A stretch of 63,353 nt of DNA, filler included, from Choristocarpus tenellus KU-1152 (lineage: Eukaryota; Protista; Phaeophyceae), in assembly GCA_964200185.2 (NCBI GenBank). It is 10 parts of 10 records of this genome, joined end to end, with 100 filler letters (N's around TTAATTAATTAA, not from the genome) between each part and the next. Parts side by side here need not be neighbours in the genome. Positions count along the whole stretch, not along the records: positions 1 to 6,573 come from CAXNAD020007840.1; positions 6,674 to 18,476 come from CAXNAD020002130.1; 8 more parts are not named here. One strand, given 5' to 3'. Position numbers and translations under genes: made by a program. This document shows positions 1 to 13,560 of the stretch, piece by piece. Under the pieces are notes generated by a model that was given only the letters and a program-made list of their open reading frames with translations, was not told the origin of the DNA and made no database searches. Position 1 is the stretch's first letter; the number at the start of each line of letters is the position of its first letter.

Positions 1-21
1 CCCCCCCAGATACTTTGAGCC
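1..21. mobile_element. End of family-B MITE (CCCCCCCAGATACTTTGAGCC), truncated by window start
   Basis: Identical to the terminus at 40981-41001; reverse complement of the GGCTCAAAGTATCTGGGG-type TIR. Confidence 0.75.
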
Positions 22-430
22 AGTTGCCACGGATCTCATCTAACCCTAACCCTAACTTGCAGGTGCACAAAGGAGCGAGTTGTTCCTAACGGTAACCATG
101 TGGCTACTGAGAGCTGTGCTCACCGCTGTCGTGTGAGGTATTATTAGAAAGAACTGTAAGTCTTCCTAGTACTTTCATCTTTTTATTTTTTTGCTTGTCC
201 AGAACAGTGGGCTGGCATTTGGGGCAAGCAAAGAGCCAGATTTTGAAAAGAAAATTCTGTGTGTGAATGGATACAGGATGAAGAGTGTGGGTAAGGCGTT
301 TTTGTTGTATGGAACAAAAGGCTACTTATGTGTGAGACACCTTGAGAGGTGTTGACACCGAGGAGAGACTTCTTAGACATTTCTTTGTGATGCATAGGGT
401 AGGAAATAATTCTGTCTACAGTGTTGATAA

Positions 431-691
431 GAGTGGAAGTATCTTCAGAGGGTACGAGTTTTTCCCTGTTTGTCCATTTGGGGGCTAGCTTCCCATGTTC
501 TTTTTAATGGTATTTTCCTAGTCCAAAATGTTTCCGAGTAGGTAAAATGTATACGTTATGAAAAGGTGTGTCCGGAGCAAGGGTATTGACACTTCCTAAC
601 AAACACGATAGCCAAAACTATATCAAAATTGCAACATTGGATTATGGTCCCCAAATGGACGCGGATCTAACCCTCTAAGATACTTTGGCTC
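431..691 (+). mobile_element. Family-A MITE (~260 bp), copy 1, probably intronic
   Basis: TIRs GAGTGGAAGTATCTTCAGAGGGT / ACCCTCTAAGATACTTTGGCTC; body aligns with copies at 29104, 35135, 39807 and 62817. Confidence 0.9.
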
Positions 692-706
692 TAAAATAGT
701 ACTTAC

Positions 707-3331
707 CATGCAAGAAGAGCAGGTCCTTGTGTGCGCTATAAGAAGAGGAACCTAGGAAAAGCAGTACAATGAAGCACTTACGCCTGCGTCGAGCGTGCCA
801 ATATTGTTTGATCATGTCCATAAGTGCTCCATCAAACCTTTCAATGGAATCATCCCCCAATTGCTCACCTGTGTACCAAAGCTGCGAAGCTTCATCCCTC
901 GTCCAGGATCAAATGCATACTCAGTGGTGGCCAATGTGGGTATCTTCGGCATGATGCTCATCTCTTTGCTTGTTGGAGGTGGGTCTAACACAGTTGCTTC
1001 ATCAGACCATTCAATCCAGACTCCTGCTGGTGAAATTCGCCTTTCATAGTCCCTTTGTCCTTCTGATTCTATCTCCCTCCCTTGCGCTGAACCCTTCCCC
1101 ATAATGGTTGAATTCAATAAGAACTTTCCGCTCTTCTCACCGCCTGAAGATAAACCTTGGGTATCGGCAGGTGGACCTACATCTCCCAGTGCGTCTGAAG
1201 TACCCTGGGCTGCCGTTGCTGTTGCCATGATAGTCGCTGGGGTCTCTATAGAGCACGCATGGTTACAGGATCCTTCCTCAAATCTAGGCTCTTCTTCAGC
1301 ACTGTGGTTGGATTCGAGGTCACTCTGCTTGCCTAGGAGTTCACCGTTTCTTTCTCTTGATGTCAAATGTTGATCTAGCTCACCCTCTCTATTTTTCTCT
1401 GGCAGATGGGATGCTTCTCTGAGAGAGCATTGCTTGATGTCCCTAGCGATTGCTGCATCACATACCTCGTGAGCCCGCATACTGGTGGAGGTATCCTCAC
1501 CTAAACCACCTGGAAATATCATATTACCTGCCCTCTGCCCGCGACCATTCTTTGGGTTTTCTATCTCATCTTTCTCATTCTCCCTACCTTCTTCTCGATA
1601 CACATCTTCGACTTGGAGTGTATCTCCCTTCAATAGCAGGTCCTTCTCATTACCTTCTGAAACATTTGGGTCCCAGTTATGTTGTTCTGAATGCCCTGCA
1701 ACACGAAGTGAGCAACCTTGTACTTTGAACCTATTTCCAGTCTTACTGACGTTGTCAGATGAGTGACCCTTGCCTACTTGATCCCCCTCTCCGGAATTAG
1801 TGCTTGTTGTCGCCTCTACCTCTTCAAATTCGTCACTCCCATAATCATCCTCTTCCCCATTCCACCCTTCTTCCGAACTGCCACAAATATCATTAGGAGT
1901 GGCGATTTGGGTGTCTTGCTCTGAGGCCATTGCAAGATCAGCAAAGGACAATACTTGAGTCCTTGCTGCATACTCATGTAGGGCTTCTTGATTTTGCTCA
2001 CCCATGTTAACCCGGGCAGAAGGTTCACCTGGAGCGGCACCTCTCATTGTATGAACCTCGCATGCCTTAGAGCTGGCATCCCGGTTGTTATCCCCATTCG
2101 TGACTGGACTTCCCGAGATATCCTCACTCAAGTAATCACCACTTCCAATGTCAAGGCTGACTTCGCAGTTAGGATCTTTTCTGTCTTTCTTGACCCATGG
2201 TAGCCCTGCTTCCTCATCATCAGTACTTCGGGTAGGTGTTGGACTGAAGTTCACACTCTCATCCTCCTGTAGTCCGGAAATGCAAAATTCTGGAACTGGG
2301 GAGGCGGGAATGTTTACTGCTAAACAAAGACTAGAACTTCTCAGTTGTGAGACCGCATCAGTGTTGCAATCTTTGGGGGACCACTCTTGTTTAGCATTGA
2401 CTGCTGGATGACTTGAATACGAGGATACATTTATTGGCGATTGAGACGACTTGAGACTCTCCAGGTAGGTCAGGTCTAGTCCCAGATCCTTGGCAGTAGG
2501 AAACTGTGTTGAGGAGCGTGTGTTGTTGAGATGTTTCATAGCGGTCTCTGTATCTATATCCTTTCGCCCCAACATATGCTTCCCCTTTGTGGTCGCAAGG
2601 TATCTGTCGTGTTCCGTCATGGCACCGAGCTCCTCTTCGCTACTCAGGGATACATCTATGTCGTCCTCATCAATGTATTTCCCTCTGGAACCACCTAACG
2701 TAGCACTCCTGTGGGATTCTACAGCAGATCCCGGGTGCTTACTCCCACCATCTTTATACTTGTTGAGGAAGCTCATCGCCTTGTCAATGGCTGATGTAGT
2801 GGATGGTCCGGAGTCTGAAGATAGCATTGATCGAGCTCGGTCCGTTGCTTTGTAAGGTGGTATTTTGTCAGTCTGTGCCTGCCCAGCAAAGAGTGATATA
2901 GGTGTGATTAAAACCTCTAAATTCAGAAAATAGCCTAGGCAAGGGGACTAGAGTATGAAGAAGTTCAATTGTAGAGAAGATATCGACATCCCTCACCATA
3001 AGAGATCTTCTCATGTGCCACGACCGCCACATGTAGTAGATTGAGCTTTGCACCATCAATCACGAACCTTCCCATTCCACTGAGAGTATCCATTAGAAAG
3101 TGATCCTTTAGAAGAAGTTGTGGGGATCTCGAATTTCTCCAGAGTGGGTGTCTTTGACTTCGATTTGATCGCTTGCCCAACAGCTAGTTTGCTCTTGTGT
3201 GGCTTGCGTTCCCCAGCCCGAAACCTGTATGCCTGGTCATCTCTGCTCATCAGGCTACTCTGATGCCCATCCCCCCCAAGCTCAAAGTTGTAATGGTCGT
3301 CCTCGGCCCCAGGTCCATTTAGAGCGAACAT
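707..3331 (-). CDS. Large, acidic, Ser-rich, probably disordered protein of unknown function; exons about 3331-3068, 2878-869, 751-707, likely continuing towards the contig start
   Basis: 671-codon ORF 812-2827 extends in frame to an AG acceptor at 2879; phase-0 junction AAG|GT at 3068; donors CAG|GTGAGC at 869 and ATG|GTAAGT at 707. No recognised domain. Confidence 0.7.
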
Positions 3332-3501
3332 CGCTGAAGTTCGTGGATGAACTACAAAGGACTGTGTCACTTGCAATTCTGTGGGTACACATTTCTAGTA
3401 TATGTCATACTTACTACGTTACACCTCTCGGAATCAAACGCCTATACCGGTTTTCGAAACCCTCTGATATATAGGAGTTTGTCTGACTGAAACCTCTAGT
3501 G

Positions 3502-6102
3502 ATGATCCAATCTAGCACCCTGACCAAGCTGTTGGTTACTCTGGTCCATGATAGGGAGGCTAGAATAAAAAATGAAGAAGATACAGAGGGAAGAGGATGC
3601 TCTCGTAACACGAGGAAAATTGCTCGAGTATTGTGGAAGCATCGGGAGTGTCTTAGGCGCCTTCCTTCCTTGGTGCGAACTCCATCACCACCTCAATCTG
3701 CCCAAGTCTCGGAACTGATGGAAAATTCATGTCTTCGATGCGAAAGGAAATGCAACAGGCGGAAGTGCATGGCGTGGTTGAGCCAGTCGAGGGAAACTGG
3801 TCGACATTTAGTGGCGGCATCCGATGTTCAACCTGGAGAGTTGATCCTTAGGGAATGGCCGTTTGCGTGGGCTGTGGAGAATTCTTCCATGGGGATCTTC
3901 TGCGCATACTGCTGTCACGAGGTACGTTCAAGCAAGGGATTGCCCTACCACATACATTGGCCTTTTCCCTGCTATTGATGTTGAACACAGATAAACTAAT
4001 CTGTGGTTGTTACCTTGTGCAGATTTTGGAGGAGCCGATTGGTTGTCCTGATTGCGGTGTGGTCACGTACTGCTCCACCGCATGTGCTTCGAAAGCTAAT
4101 ATGGCATGGCATAGTGATGAATGTCGGCGCAGAGCTAGCCATGGGCCAGAATTGGCACTCTCTGACCTCTCTATACATGCTCTTGTGGCGTTAAGGGCAT
4201 CTCGACGGATCCAACGAGGTGTCAAGAATGATCGAGACAAGCAGACCACAACTGTCGTGTCCTCTTCTTCCTGTGGGTGTGACAGGATCATACCCGGTTG
4301 TGAATCAAATCGAGTCTACATGGGAGGATTACATAGCGTGAACAAGTTGCAAGATCACCTTGGCGAAACATCTTCTGAGAGCCTTCGACTTTTGGAAACA
4401 GAGGCGGCGATAGCCGCAGTGGTGGCTTGTGACAGCACAAGGCAAAGTGCTGAAGAGGAAGGGAGGTCTATCGACTTTACTTCCTGTGAGGAGCTTGCAG
4501 CTGGCCTGGTCCACATAATTCGCAAGGCAAGATTTCACCTACGATTTTGTCTTCCGTCGGATGAGAGGTATACTATGCCCCAAACAGTGATGTAAACGAT
4601 AGACCTGTTGGAACCTACTGCAGGGTAGAAGGCATATTACCTCCTCTCCTTCCCCTGTTTTATGTGCATCTTTAGGTTTACCAAAGAAGGTGTAGAACTT
4701 CCTTTCAGCATAGCACATCCTCCTCAACTGAACACACTCTGAGTGCCTTCAGCTCTCCCCAACGATCAGGTCCGGACAAACGTGTTTGCGATCTCTGCTC
4801 TTAAAGTGTCGGATGATTCATCAAAGATTGCAAGCCTGACCCATATCAATGTTGCAGTTGGACTGTACCCAACAGCAGCAATGCTGAACCACTCCTGCCG
4901 CCCCAACACCCTGGCAAGGTTTGACGGCAATGAAATGGAAGTGGTGGCCACCCGTCCAATTGGCCAGGGCGAGCCACTCACAATATCATATGGCCCTTTG
5001 GCCTCCAAGGTGAATGCTCACAAGATGATACGCATATATATATTTTCTTTACTTCAGCCTTGAAGGTGAACATGTCCGTCCCCACTCTGAAAAATTGAAA
5101 TAGAGAGAGAGCATATTTGGAGGTTCGAAATATCTTGCCAAGTCTAGCACCACTGTTCAGAGAGTCAGGTGTGTTCATTTGCTTCTCCCAGCTGTTTCAT
5201 CAGGTACAAAGCCATGCAGACGTTGCCAAGAACGATTCAAGGGGGACAATAATATCGCCTTCGCATTTCCACCAACAACACACACACCCTTACGTCTTCT
5301 CGCCCCTTTGCTTCAGATCCCCTCTGTTGTACAGCGGCGGACTACTTTGCAAAATTCATACTTCTTCCACTGCCTCTGTCCTGCATGCATAGACGCAGAC
5401 CGAGAATCCTCACATGCTTCAGCAAGTTCCAAGGAGGTCGACCTGGCCTATACCACCACATCCCTTGCTTGCCGATCCAAAGGATGCCAAGGTGAACTTT
5501 GTGTTAGCAAGCACAAGTACCTGAGCAAAGGATGTAGGATGTGGTGTGCCCAATGTGGTGTCAACCTCAATCCATCAATAGCTGAGGCCCTGCTAACAGA
5601 GGTTGCTGAGGATGCCAAATCCTGGCAAAAGGCATTAAAGGAAACGGATTTAGTAGAGAAGGCAAACAGTTACAACCCTAGTAAGGAGGAAGGAATAGAA
5701 GGTAACCACGTAGAGCTTGCTCGCAAGAGAGCCCTGGATTTATCTACACAATGCCTCATGTGGCGCCAGAGCAAGCTTATTGGCACTGCGATGGGGCTAG
5801 CAAGGGCACATGATCTCATAGCCCGACTTCTTGCTGGGACTGGAGACTTTGCAGAGGCAGCATCCCACTGTGAGGAAGCTGTGAGGATTCTTGAGAAGAA
5901 ATACTCACAGGGAGATGTCGAGCTTGGTCAGGAGATGTTTAAGCTGGCCGGGTTGTACTTCAATGCAGGACTCCTAAGTCGCTGCTTTGGGGCATGCCAA
6001 CAGGCGAAGGGTTCCCTCACTGTGTGCCTACAAGCTGATGACCCCCAGCTGCAAGAGCTCCAAGACATGGAGCACTGTTGTCGGCAACAGCTCTCTTTGT
6101 GA
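3502..6102 (+). CDS. SMYD-family SET and MYND domain lysine methyltransferase (SMYD4-like); exons 3502-3921, 4023-4526, 4770-5009, 5317-6102
   Basis: Split SET (GRHLVAASDVQPGELILREWP ... VRTNVF ... LNHSCRPN ... ISYG), MYND finger (CAYC..C..CGVVTYCSTAC..WH..EC), post-SET FHCLCPAC, helical TPR-like C-terminus; all junctions are phase 0. Confidence 0.9.
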
Positions 6103-6416
6103 AGCATGGTGTTCTGATCCCCTTGGAACACTGCATTGAAAGAGTTTAATTGTCTCAAAACCAACCACTACAGTGATGCTATAGCAGTGCCTATTTATGG
6201 CTTTTTGTCGTGTACAAGACAATGATTTGTGTTCCACCGAAGGTGTTCTGTATGTGTTTAGAAATTGTGCTGTGCCTTGATGTGCACCACGAAGGCGGTG
6301 TGTGTTCTCAAATTGCACTGTTTACATTTATGAAGCCCTATGTGTTGCAATATATGTTGATAAGCAATGAACTCGCATTGATGTATTCTAGTGTGTACAC
6401 TCCAAGTATAGTTTGT

Positions 6417-6573
6417 GACTCAAATTATCTGGGGGGGGTAGCGGCTGTCCATTTGAGGCCATTTTTTTTAATGTCGCAAATGTTGGGTGATTTGGTTGCA
6501 TACGTTGGATGGACAATGTAAGTGCACTTTTCCTGGTTATGGACCAAATGGACACCCTGGTGTAGACCCCCCT
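6417..6573 (-). mobile_element. Family-B MITE, truncated at contig end
   Basis: GACTCAAATTATCTGGGGGGGG...GTCCATTT at one end and CCAAATGGACACCCTGGTGTAGACCCC at the other; aligns with 52806-52985. Confidence 0.85.
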
Positions 6574-6673
6574 NNNNNNNNNNNNNNNNNNNNNNNNNNN
6601 NNNNNNNNNNNNNNNNNTTAATTAATTAANNNNNNNNNNNNNNNNNNNNNNNNNNNNNNNNNNNNNNNNNNNN
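6574..6673. other. Artificial contig spacer N44-TTAATTAATTAA-N44 (also at 18477-18576, 23086-23185, 26233-26332, 32059-32158, 40843-40942, 47938-48037, 51794-51893, 57026-57125)
   Basis: Nine 100-nt N blocks with a central 12-mer that gives stops in all six frames. Confidence 0.97.
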
Positions 6674-9656
6674 ACCATGCAGCTGGTGAAGCGGGCTCTG
6701 GCCTCCGGATACACAGCCCTGGCTGTGACTGTTGATACCCCTGTACTTGGACGCCGTGAGGCTGACATGCGTAACCGTTTCAAGCTGCCAGTGCACCTCA
6801 CCATGGGCAACTTCATCTCCGCTGGGGGGGCCCATGCTGAGGGTACCAAGGATGGTGGCAATGACTCGGTGTGTACATACAAGTTAATGGATTATGGATT
6901 CATTACTGAGCATGTAGTGGAGCTTGAGGAGGTGTTGTGTTCAGTCAAAGTGTACAGAAAGGGTGGCAGCAGATTTGGCGGGGGCAATCTGTTTTTTGTT
7001 TTTGTTTTTTTACCTGGGATGTAAGTTGTGTGGAAAACACGAGACCACCTTTTACCACTTTTCTGAATCGTTTTGTTGCAAAGAGGCCTGCCTTAACAAT
7101 ATTGTTGTCAGGGATTCGTGAGTAGTGTGCTGGGTGTCATCATCACCCTTGTCTGCGTTTGATGCCTGGATGGGGATGGTGTGGCCTCTGGTGCCTTGAA
7201 TAGGAATATAGAGTACCACTGTAGATGAGCCACCAGAGCCTTCAATTCAACGGAGCACCTTACCATTGCACCATATGTGTTGTGTATTGTCATCATCTTT
7301 AACAGGGTCTGGCGGCGTATGTGGCAAGCCTGATCGACAGGACCATCAACTGGGAGGATATCAAGTGGCTGCGTACCATCTGTGGCAACATGAAGGTACA
7401 AGGCAGTCTAGTTTGTACCTTAAAATTTTTGCCTACGCAAGTGTCATCTTTTTTTTCTCCTCTTGTAGGTCTTGCCAGTAGATATCTAAGTAGATAAGCA
7501 CCATCTTGTAATATTATGTTACATAATAATGTTGGCTTGCAATTATGACCTGCAGGAGTCTTGAGTGTATTATTTATTTATTTATTTTTGAAGGAATGAG
7601 AACAGATGCAGATCTTTTCTTGTGCTTTCTGCTGTTGGAGGTTCAGACTTCTGTATCATTGTTGAAATTAATTTGAAGGTTAGGATGTGCATATGCATCC
7701 TTAGGTATGGGATTGTCTTCGAGAGATTGAAGTATGGGATTTGAAAGAGTTTGCATTTTTCTACTTGACTTCGCTGTTCACCAGAGCAGGCATGTATGTG
7801 TCTGTGTGTCTGTGAACAATAGTTGATGTTCTTCAACTACTTGATGTCCTACCAAATTTGGAGGGGTGGTTGTGGGCATGAGTAGTTGTGTTGTGTGGTT
7901 AATCCCTAATGTTCATGCTGTGTATGGGCTGCGGACAGGGTGATCAGATACAGTTACGGTTCTGTTTTTGATCAGAACAATAGATGAGGTGAAACAAAAC
8001 ACAAGTGGTACATGCATGCACAGATAATAATCTTAGCGGATGATACTGTAATGGACATTTACAATCCACATCCGTTAATGTCGTCTGTTTAAGAGTAGTT
8101 GATGGATGGTGGACACTGGTGGTGCTGTTTTGTGGTGGAACACTCAGTCCTCCTTGATTGCTTTGCATCCTGCTTACAGATTGTTGTCAAGGGTGTCATC
8201 ACAGCAGAGGATGCATCAGAGGCTGTCCGAAACGGTGTGGATGGTATTTGGATCTCCAACCACGGTGCCCGCCAGCTGGACACCACTCCAGCTACTATTG
8301 AGGCCCTTCCTGAGGTATGGAAAGGCCTTGGGGGAAAAGGGTAGATAGAACTGGATAAAGTAGTTTGACTACGAGGGTTTTTTGTTCTGGCTTGTGTTCA
8401 AGCCTGGGGTGTGATGTGGTGTCTCCTGCTGTTGACGATGGATGGGTATCACTTGTCTGTGGGGTGATAAAAGGACTTTAGAAATTCGTACAGGGAATAG
8501 ATACGTGTTTATATGCTAGACAAGTGAAAAAGATTCCCTCTTTTGCCGTGGTGTGATTGAAAGCATGACGTCTGTGACCATTAACAACCAGGGAGCGGTA
8601 GGGATTCGATTGGTGCTGCTCACAACCTTGCATTCATCTTAACCCCAATGGTACAACGTTATAAATGTTGAAGCTCTGTTATACTTTGTAATAATATATT
8701 CAGTGGATTGGGAATGCTGGGGGAATAAATCTGTGCAGGTCACCATCACAGTCCTTTTTGAGTTGCTACAATAATAGCCCCTGCCCACCCCCCATTTCCC
8801 CCTGGTTGCTTCTCTGACCTTTCAGATTGTCCGTGCAGTGAACGGACGCTGTGAGGTATACCTTGATGGAGGTATCTGCCGAGGCACAGATGTCTTTAAG
8901 GCTATTGCCTTGGGGGCAAAGGCTGTGTTCATCGGCCGTCCAGTCCTTTGGGGGCTTGTCCACAGCGTAAGTGGGTCCAACATAAAACCAGGGTGCAATG
9001 ACTGTTGTGAGGATGAGTTTGCCCACCTTTACACTCTTTGGCTGTGTGAATAAATAATGATATATGTGATACTTACTTGATACTGATTGGTTTTCTGAGA
9101 GGGGGGTTGAAGCTTCTCATTACACTCGTTTGTGTGTGCTTCTCATGGCATGAAATTGGTTCACTATTGGCGAAGTGGATTGAGACCATGGAGGGTAAAG
9201 ATAAGAGCTAATTAATTGCAAGGTGGAACAATTCATTTTCCCACGCTCTTATCCCTGTATCATTGCTCAATCCCAAGGATGGGAAGTTGGAATGCATACA
9301 TGCGTGTTGAGCTATGTATTATTCCTAGCTCTTACCAATTTGGTCCTCTACATCTTCTTTGGAACAACCAGAATTATTGCCAAGGTGTAAGAGCTGAAAC
9401 TGGTGTCATGAAAACATGCACTCAATGGTACATAGTTGAAAAAGTCATGTACATACTTTTTTGTTAACAATTTTTTTTTTCCTCCTTCCACATGCTGTAT
9501 ATCTGACATACACAGGGAGAAGAAGGAGTCAGCAATGTCCTAAAGCTCCTGAATGATGAGTTGACCATGGCGCTGCAGCTGACAGGGTGCACACGCATCA
9601 CCTCTGCAAGCCGGTCTATGGTAACACATCAGTCCTCCTACTACTCCAAGCTCTGA
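6674..9656 (+). CDS. GOX: Peroxisomal FMN-dependent (S)-2-hydroxy-acid/glycolate oxidase, 5'-truncated; exons <6674-6868, 7306-7395, 8180-8314, 8826-8966, 9516-9656
   Basis: Motifs [31 protein letters not shown], DGGxx[12 protein letters not shown]; GT-AG introns, all phase 0; C-terminal SKL* (PTS1). Confidence 0.95.
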
Positions 9657-12600
9657 GAATTTTTTTGCTCAGGACATTAAAGGGTAGTCTCAACTCTTCA
9701 TTATTCAGGATGAGCAAACTCTGGTTTGATCATGACTCAGACTTCATTCCCTTTGTTTTTCTTAGATGTCTGGGGCGTATGTTGGTTTGATTTCCTTGCC
9801 TTGTACCTTGGCACTATGATTTCTACAGACAAGGTGTGGTGTGGGGACTTGGAACTTGCAAAGGGCGTTGTCTGGGGGTTGATTGAGTAAAAGGGGTAGA
9901 GGAAGATAGTAAGGGCTTTAGTTTTGTACAAGGCATATGATGCGATGTGTTGTGCAGCTCAGTTGAGTTGAACCTGTTTGGGTGATGGAGAGCCTTTTTG
10001 TTGCTGGTTGACTGGAGTTGTGCAATAAATGTGTACCAGGGGCATGGGATTCTAAGTCTGAATCAGAGGAGGGGGTAGATGTTTTTCATAAATTGTCATA
10101 ATACGAATGCATTTCAACAGGGAGAATGTGGAACGTGTTCACAGATCAGGAAGGGGCTGACTGGAAGTTGTCAGCTCAGTGCAGGGTCGCTGTGAGACAT
10201 TTGTGTGTAACATCGAAACCTGTATTTACCTGTTTGTCCACCTCTGTTAGAAAGCATCAACTAGTCAAGGTATGTGATATGCAAAGCCCATGAGAGTCGT
10301 AGTATGGGTATGATGGCGATGGAACTTTACTGCCGTTGCCATTAAAACTTGAGGGTGTGGTGTTGCATTTTGATGTCAGTGACTGGTATGGTTTAGACAG
10401 TGGTCTTGAGTGTCTCATGGTCAAAACATGTTTTAGAGGGGTAGGTGGAGTCCCCAAGAGGGGTCATGCATGAGATGCATTGGCATTAGATCTTGGTGGT
10501 TTGGGGAGGTCATGACTCCGATGTTATACTCTGGAGTATATACTGGAGGCAAAAAGCTAAAGCCTCAACTTGCAGATGCCTGCCACGTGTTAGTTAATAA
10601 GCAAATGCATACATTAAGCATTGGTTCATTCGTAAGTCATGGAAAAGTCCAAAATGACAATTGAGAGATAATTGCCCCAGTACAACAGGGAAGTGCAACT
10701 ATGAAGCAACTGACATGTCATGTAATGGGTATCAAAGGGAAAGGCATCATTGATGCACAGCATGAACAGCGTCTATTTATTTTTGAGAACAGCTTGCACG
10801 TCAAATTGTGAAGGCTTTAACACAGTTTTTCTGCGAGAGAAACAAGTAGGGTTGGCATCGTCCAGTTCTTTGTCTTGTGAACTAAGAGGTTTCGTGAAAT
10901 AAAATTTCAATCAGTTCAGTCCTCGATGCTTAATCGTGATTAAGCGCCTGGGTCATAGCTTACGGTCAGTGACCAGCGTAGTTGTAAGACAACAAAGCTT
11001 CCATCAAGGTGTTCCAGAGCCCTCCTACAGTTGGACAAATAACAACAAATGGAGGGTAATATCGTTTTGTGCATGTACGAGCCTGTCAGCGTGTGCGATA
11101 CAGACAGGAAGTTGCAGAGGGGTGCGTGCAGGATACTCCGATAGAAAGATAATGGATCTTAAGAAATTCGTGATCACGTATTATTTAACACCACATAAAA
11201 CAATTTAGATAATGGGTATGTAAGCTAATAATATTTATCTTCCCAGGAACCATGATGAATCAGAGATGGGGGTGGTAACCATTGGGTTCCTCGTGAGAAC
11301 TAGGCCTAGTTCGACATGTCAACGCCACCAATCCATCAAGAACAACCCTAGCTCACGTCAAATGAAGAGTCACAATCTGATACGCGATGAACACATGCAA
11401 AATGTTCGAGGGCATCATAATACATATATATGCGATTAAGAGTTGGTAGCGCGTATTGAGACCTATATCATCTATACGACTTCGTCCTTTCCTAAACTGA
11501 ATTTCGTGACCTCTTTCTGAAGGGAATGTAGACAATTATCACCAATACTACTACTGTTGTGTGTGGTGAAAGGCATAATAAGGGGGGGTGTATGTAATTT
11601 ATCACTGCATGAGAAAGAATGCATTGAGAATGTAACTAAATGAATAAGTGGTTACTACATCCATTTCTGGTTCTGTTCTTCTGGTGGTGGTACTACCGTA
11701 GTGAGTTGTCAAGAATACACACAACAAACACAGCCTCTCCCTGTAATTCAATCTTAATACAGCCACCTAAATCAATAAAAAATAACCAACAGCGGTATCC
11801 CTGTACTGTATGTAGTCGTATCTCTATACTTACTAGTATTAATACTTGCATAGAATTCACTACTGTTACTGCTTCAAGAAGAAACACGGTCTACCATAAC
11901 ATTACTGTGAAGCGCATACTACATGCTGCATGTAGCCAGAGGTTTGCTGGACACGCAGTAGGTGCCCAGGTATATTATTGGGATGCCTCATTCATATATA
12001 TTTGCTTTTTTTCTGTACACTATCTTATTCTGTTTGTATTTGCATTTTTAGGGTTAGGGTTGGAATCATTAACAATATGAATGTGGGTGCCCCTATAAAC
12101 CTGGACAACGCGTGCCCAGTAAACCTCCCCCTGGCATACACTATCAGGTTCATCACTATTGTTCTCTCTTGTCATGGTCACTACTGTGTGCACTTTTCTT
12201 CTAGTTAGTTAAGAACTTTCCAGCCTGAAGTCTGGTTCAAAGCGATAATAGATACAAAAAAATGCTTGATGTAGTTACTGTTATGAATCAAACCGAGAGG
12301 TAGATCCCAATAAAGGGAATAAAGATGTCGTCTTGTAGTATTGTAGAAAGAGCCTTCGCTTTAGTGCGGTATGACATTGTGTGTGAAAAGAGGGAAAACA
12401 ATTTTGAGTACTCTAATGTGCTCGTAATAAGTAATAAAATAGAGTGTATTGCACAGAGTAAGATGGCTTGAAATGAAAAAGTGTTCGAACTTGTCTACCT
12501 CTCAACTCATTTGGCCTTGTGACAATGCTGCATCAACGTCTTATGATGCGAATGATAAGCAAGCATGCCCACTGTCTAGCTTAAAGTACATTCCAAGGTA

Positions 12601-12739
12601 TCACTCATCGTGTACAGGGTCGTGTTACCTGGAAATCCACGTCAATTTTCCGTTCATCTAGGTAGAATGAAATGTTACTATCCTCAAGTCCAACCTCCCA
12701 TACCAGACTTGAATGAACTGGATGTTTGTTTCTGGGAAA

Positions 12740-13560
12740 ACCATTACCATGACCAGGTGTAGATCATCAAATATCTCAACCCATTATTGGACAGTACACT
12801 ATTGATAGCATTGTTGGACATAGACCTGGTCCTGGTCGTCATTCGTCCACAAATGCTATATATCGCCTTCATCTTTGTGGCTATGGGCCGTCTTGTGCTC
12901 AACACAAAAGAACAGAACAGATCCCACAATGCCATGAGATGATTGCAGCCTATCTTGTTTCAGTAAATGGATTGGATAACCAATAAAATACTCGTCCCAA
13001 ACGCTGTTGACTTGAGAATTAATATTTACTGTGACCATATTCCTTTGCGTAGTCTGTGTATCATGCATTGCCGTAATAATGTAACCTATCGCTTCAGTAA
13101 AGAGATTATTGCATGTATATGTGGTACAGATCCTCACCAATTTCTATTTAAGCATGTTTGTTTTTCTTACTTGTGTGTCTTGGCCCATATCTCGTGTTAC
13201 CCATATATCACAATCCTTTGCATAGGTTGACCATCTACTTTAGACAAATTGTTTGTATATCATTTTGTCACAGATGGGTAGAGTCTATCGTTTTGTTAAG
13301 AGATTCGATAACTGGTAACAGATGTCAGTTAACGTGTATTCACAACCAGCTCTGAGTTGACATCTCGTGTTTACCTGGTTTACAAATGCTTGCAAATAGA
13401 CTACGTGTATGTTGGTGGCATTTAAATAAATGGATAATAAAATTAATTTAATATCTCAGCTCTCCTCGTTTGCATGAGTGGACACATGTGGTGGTAAAGA
13501 TATGGTATCACGGGGCACATTAGCAACCGTTTGCTAGAGGTGGCTGTTTATTGCATCATG
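12740..13560 (-). pseudogene. Possible heavily decayed non-LTR retrotransposon 3' end
   Basis: Broken CPxx...HLFKC zinc-knuckle-like peptide near 13380-13490 and an LW-containing downstream fragment; many stops. Confidence 0.2.

Noticed and set aside
1104-2855. Plus-strand ORFs overlapping the 671-aa ORF
   Set aside because: Antisense shadows of the minus-strand exon.
10915-11335. tRNA/SINE-like fragments (GCTTAATCGTGATTAAGCG; GTTCGAC...GCCACCA)
   Set aside because: No cloverleaf could be built and there is no second copy in the window.
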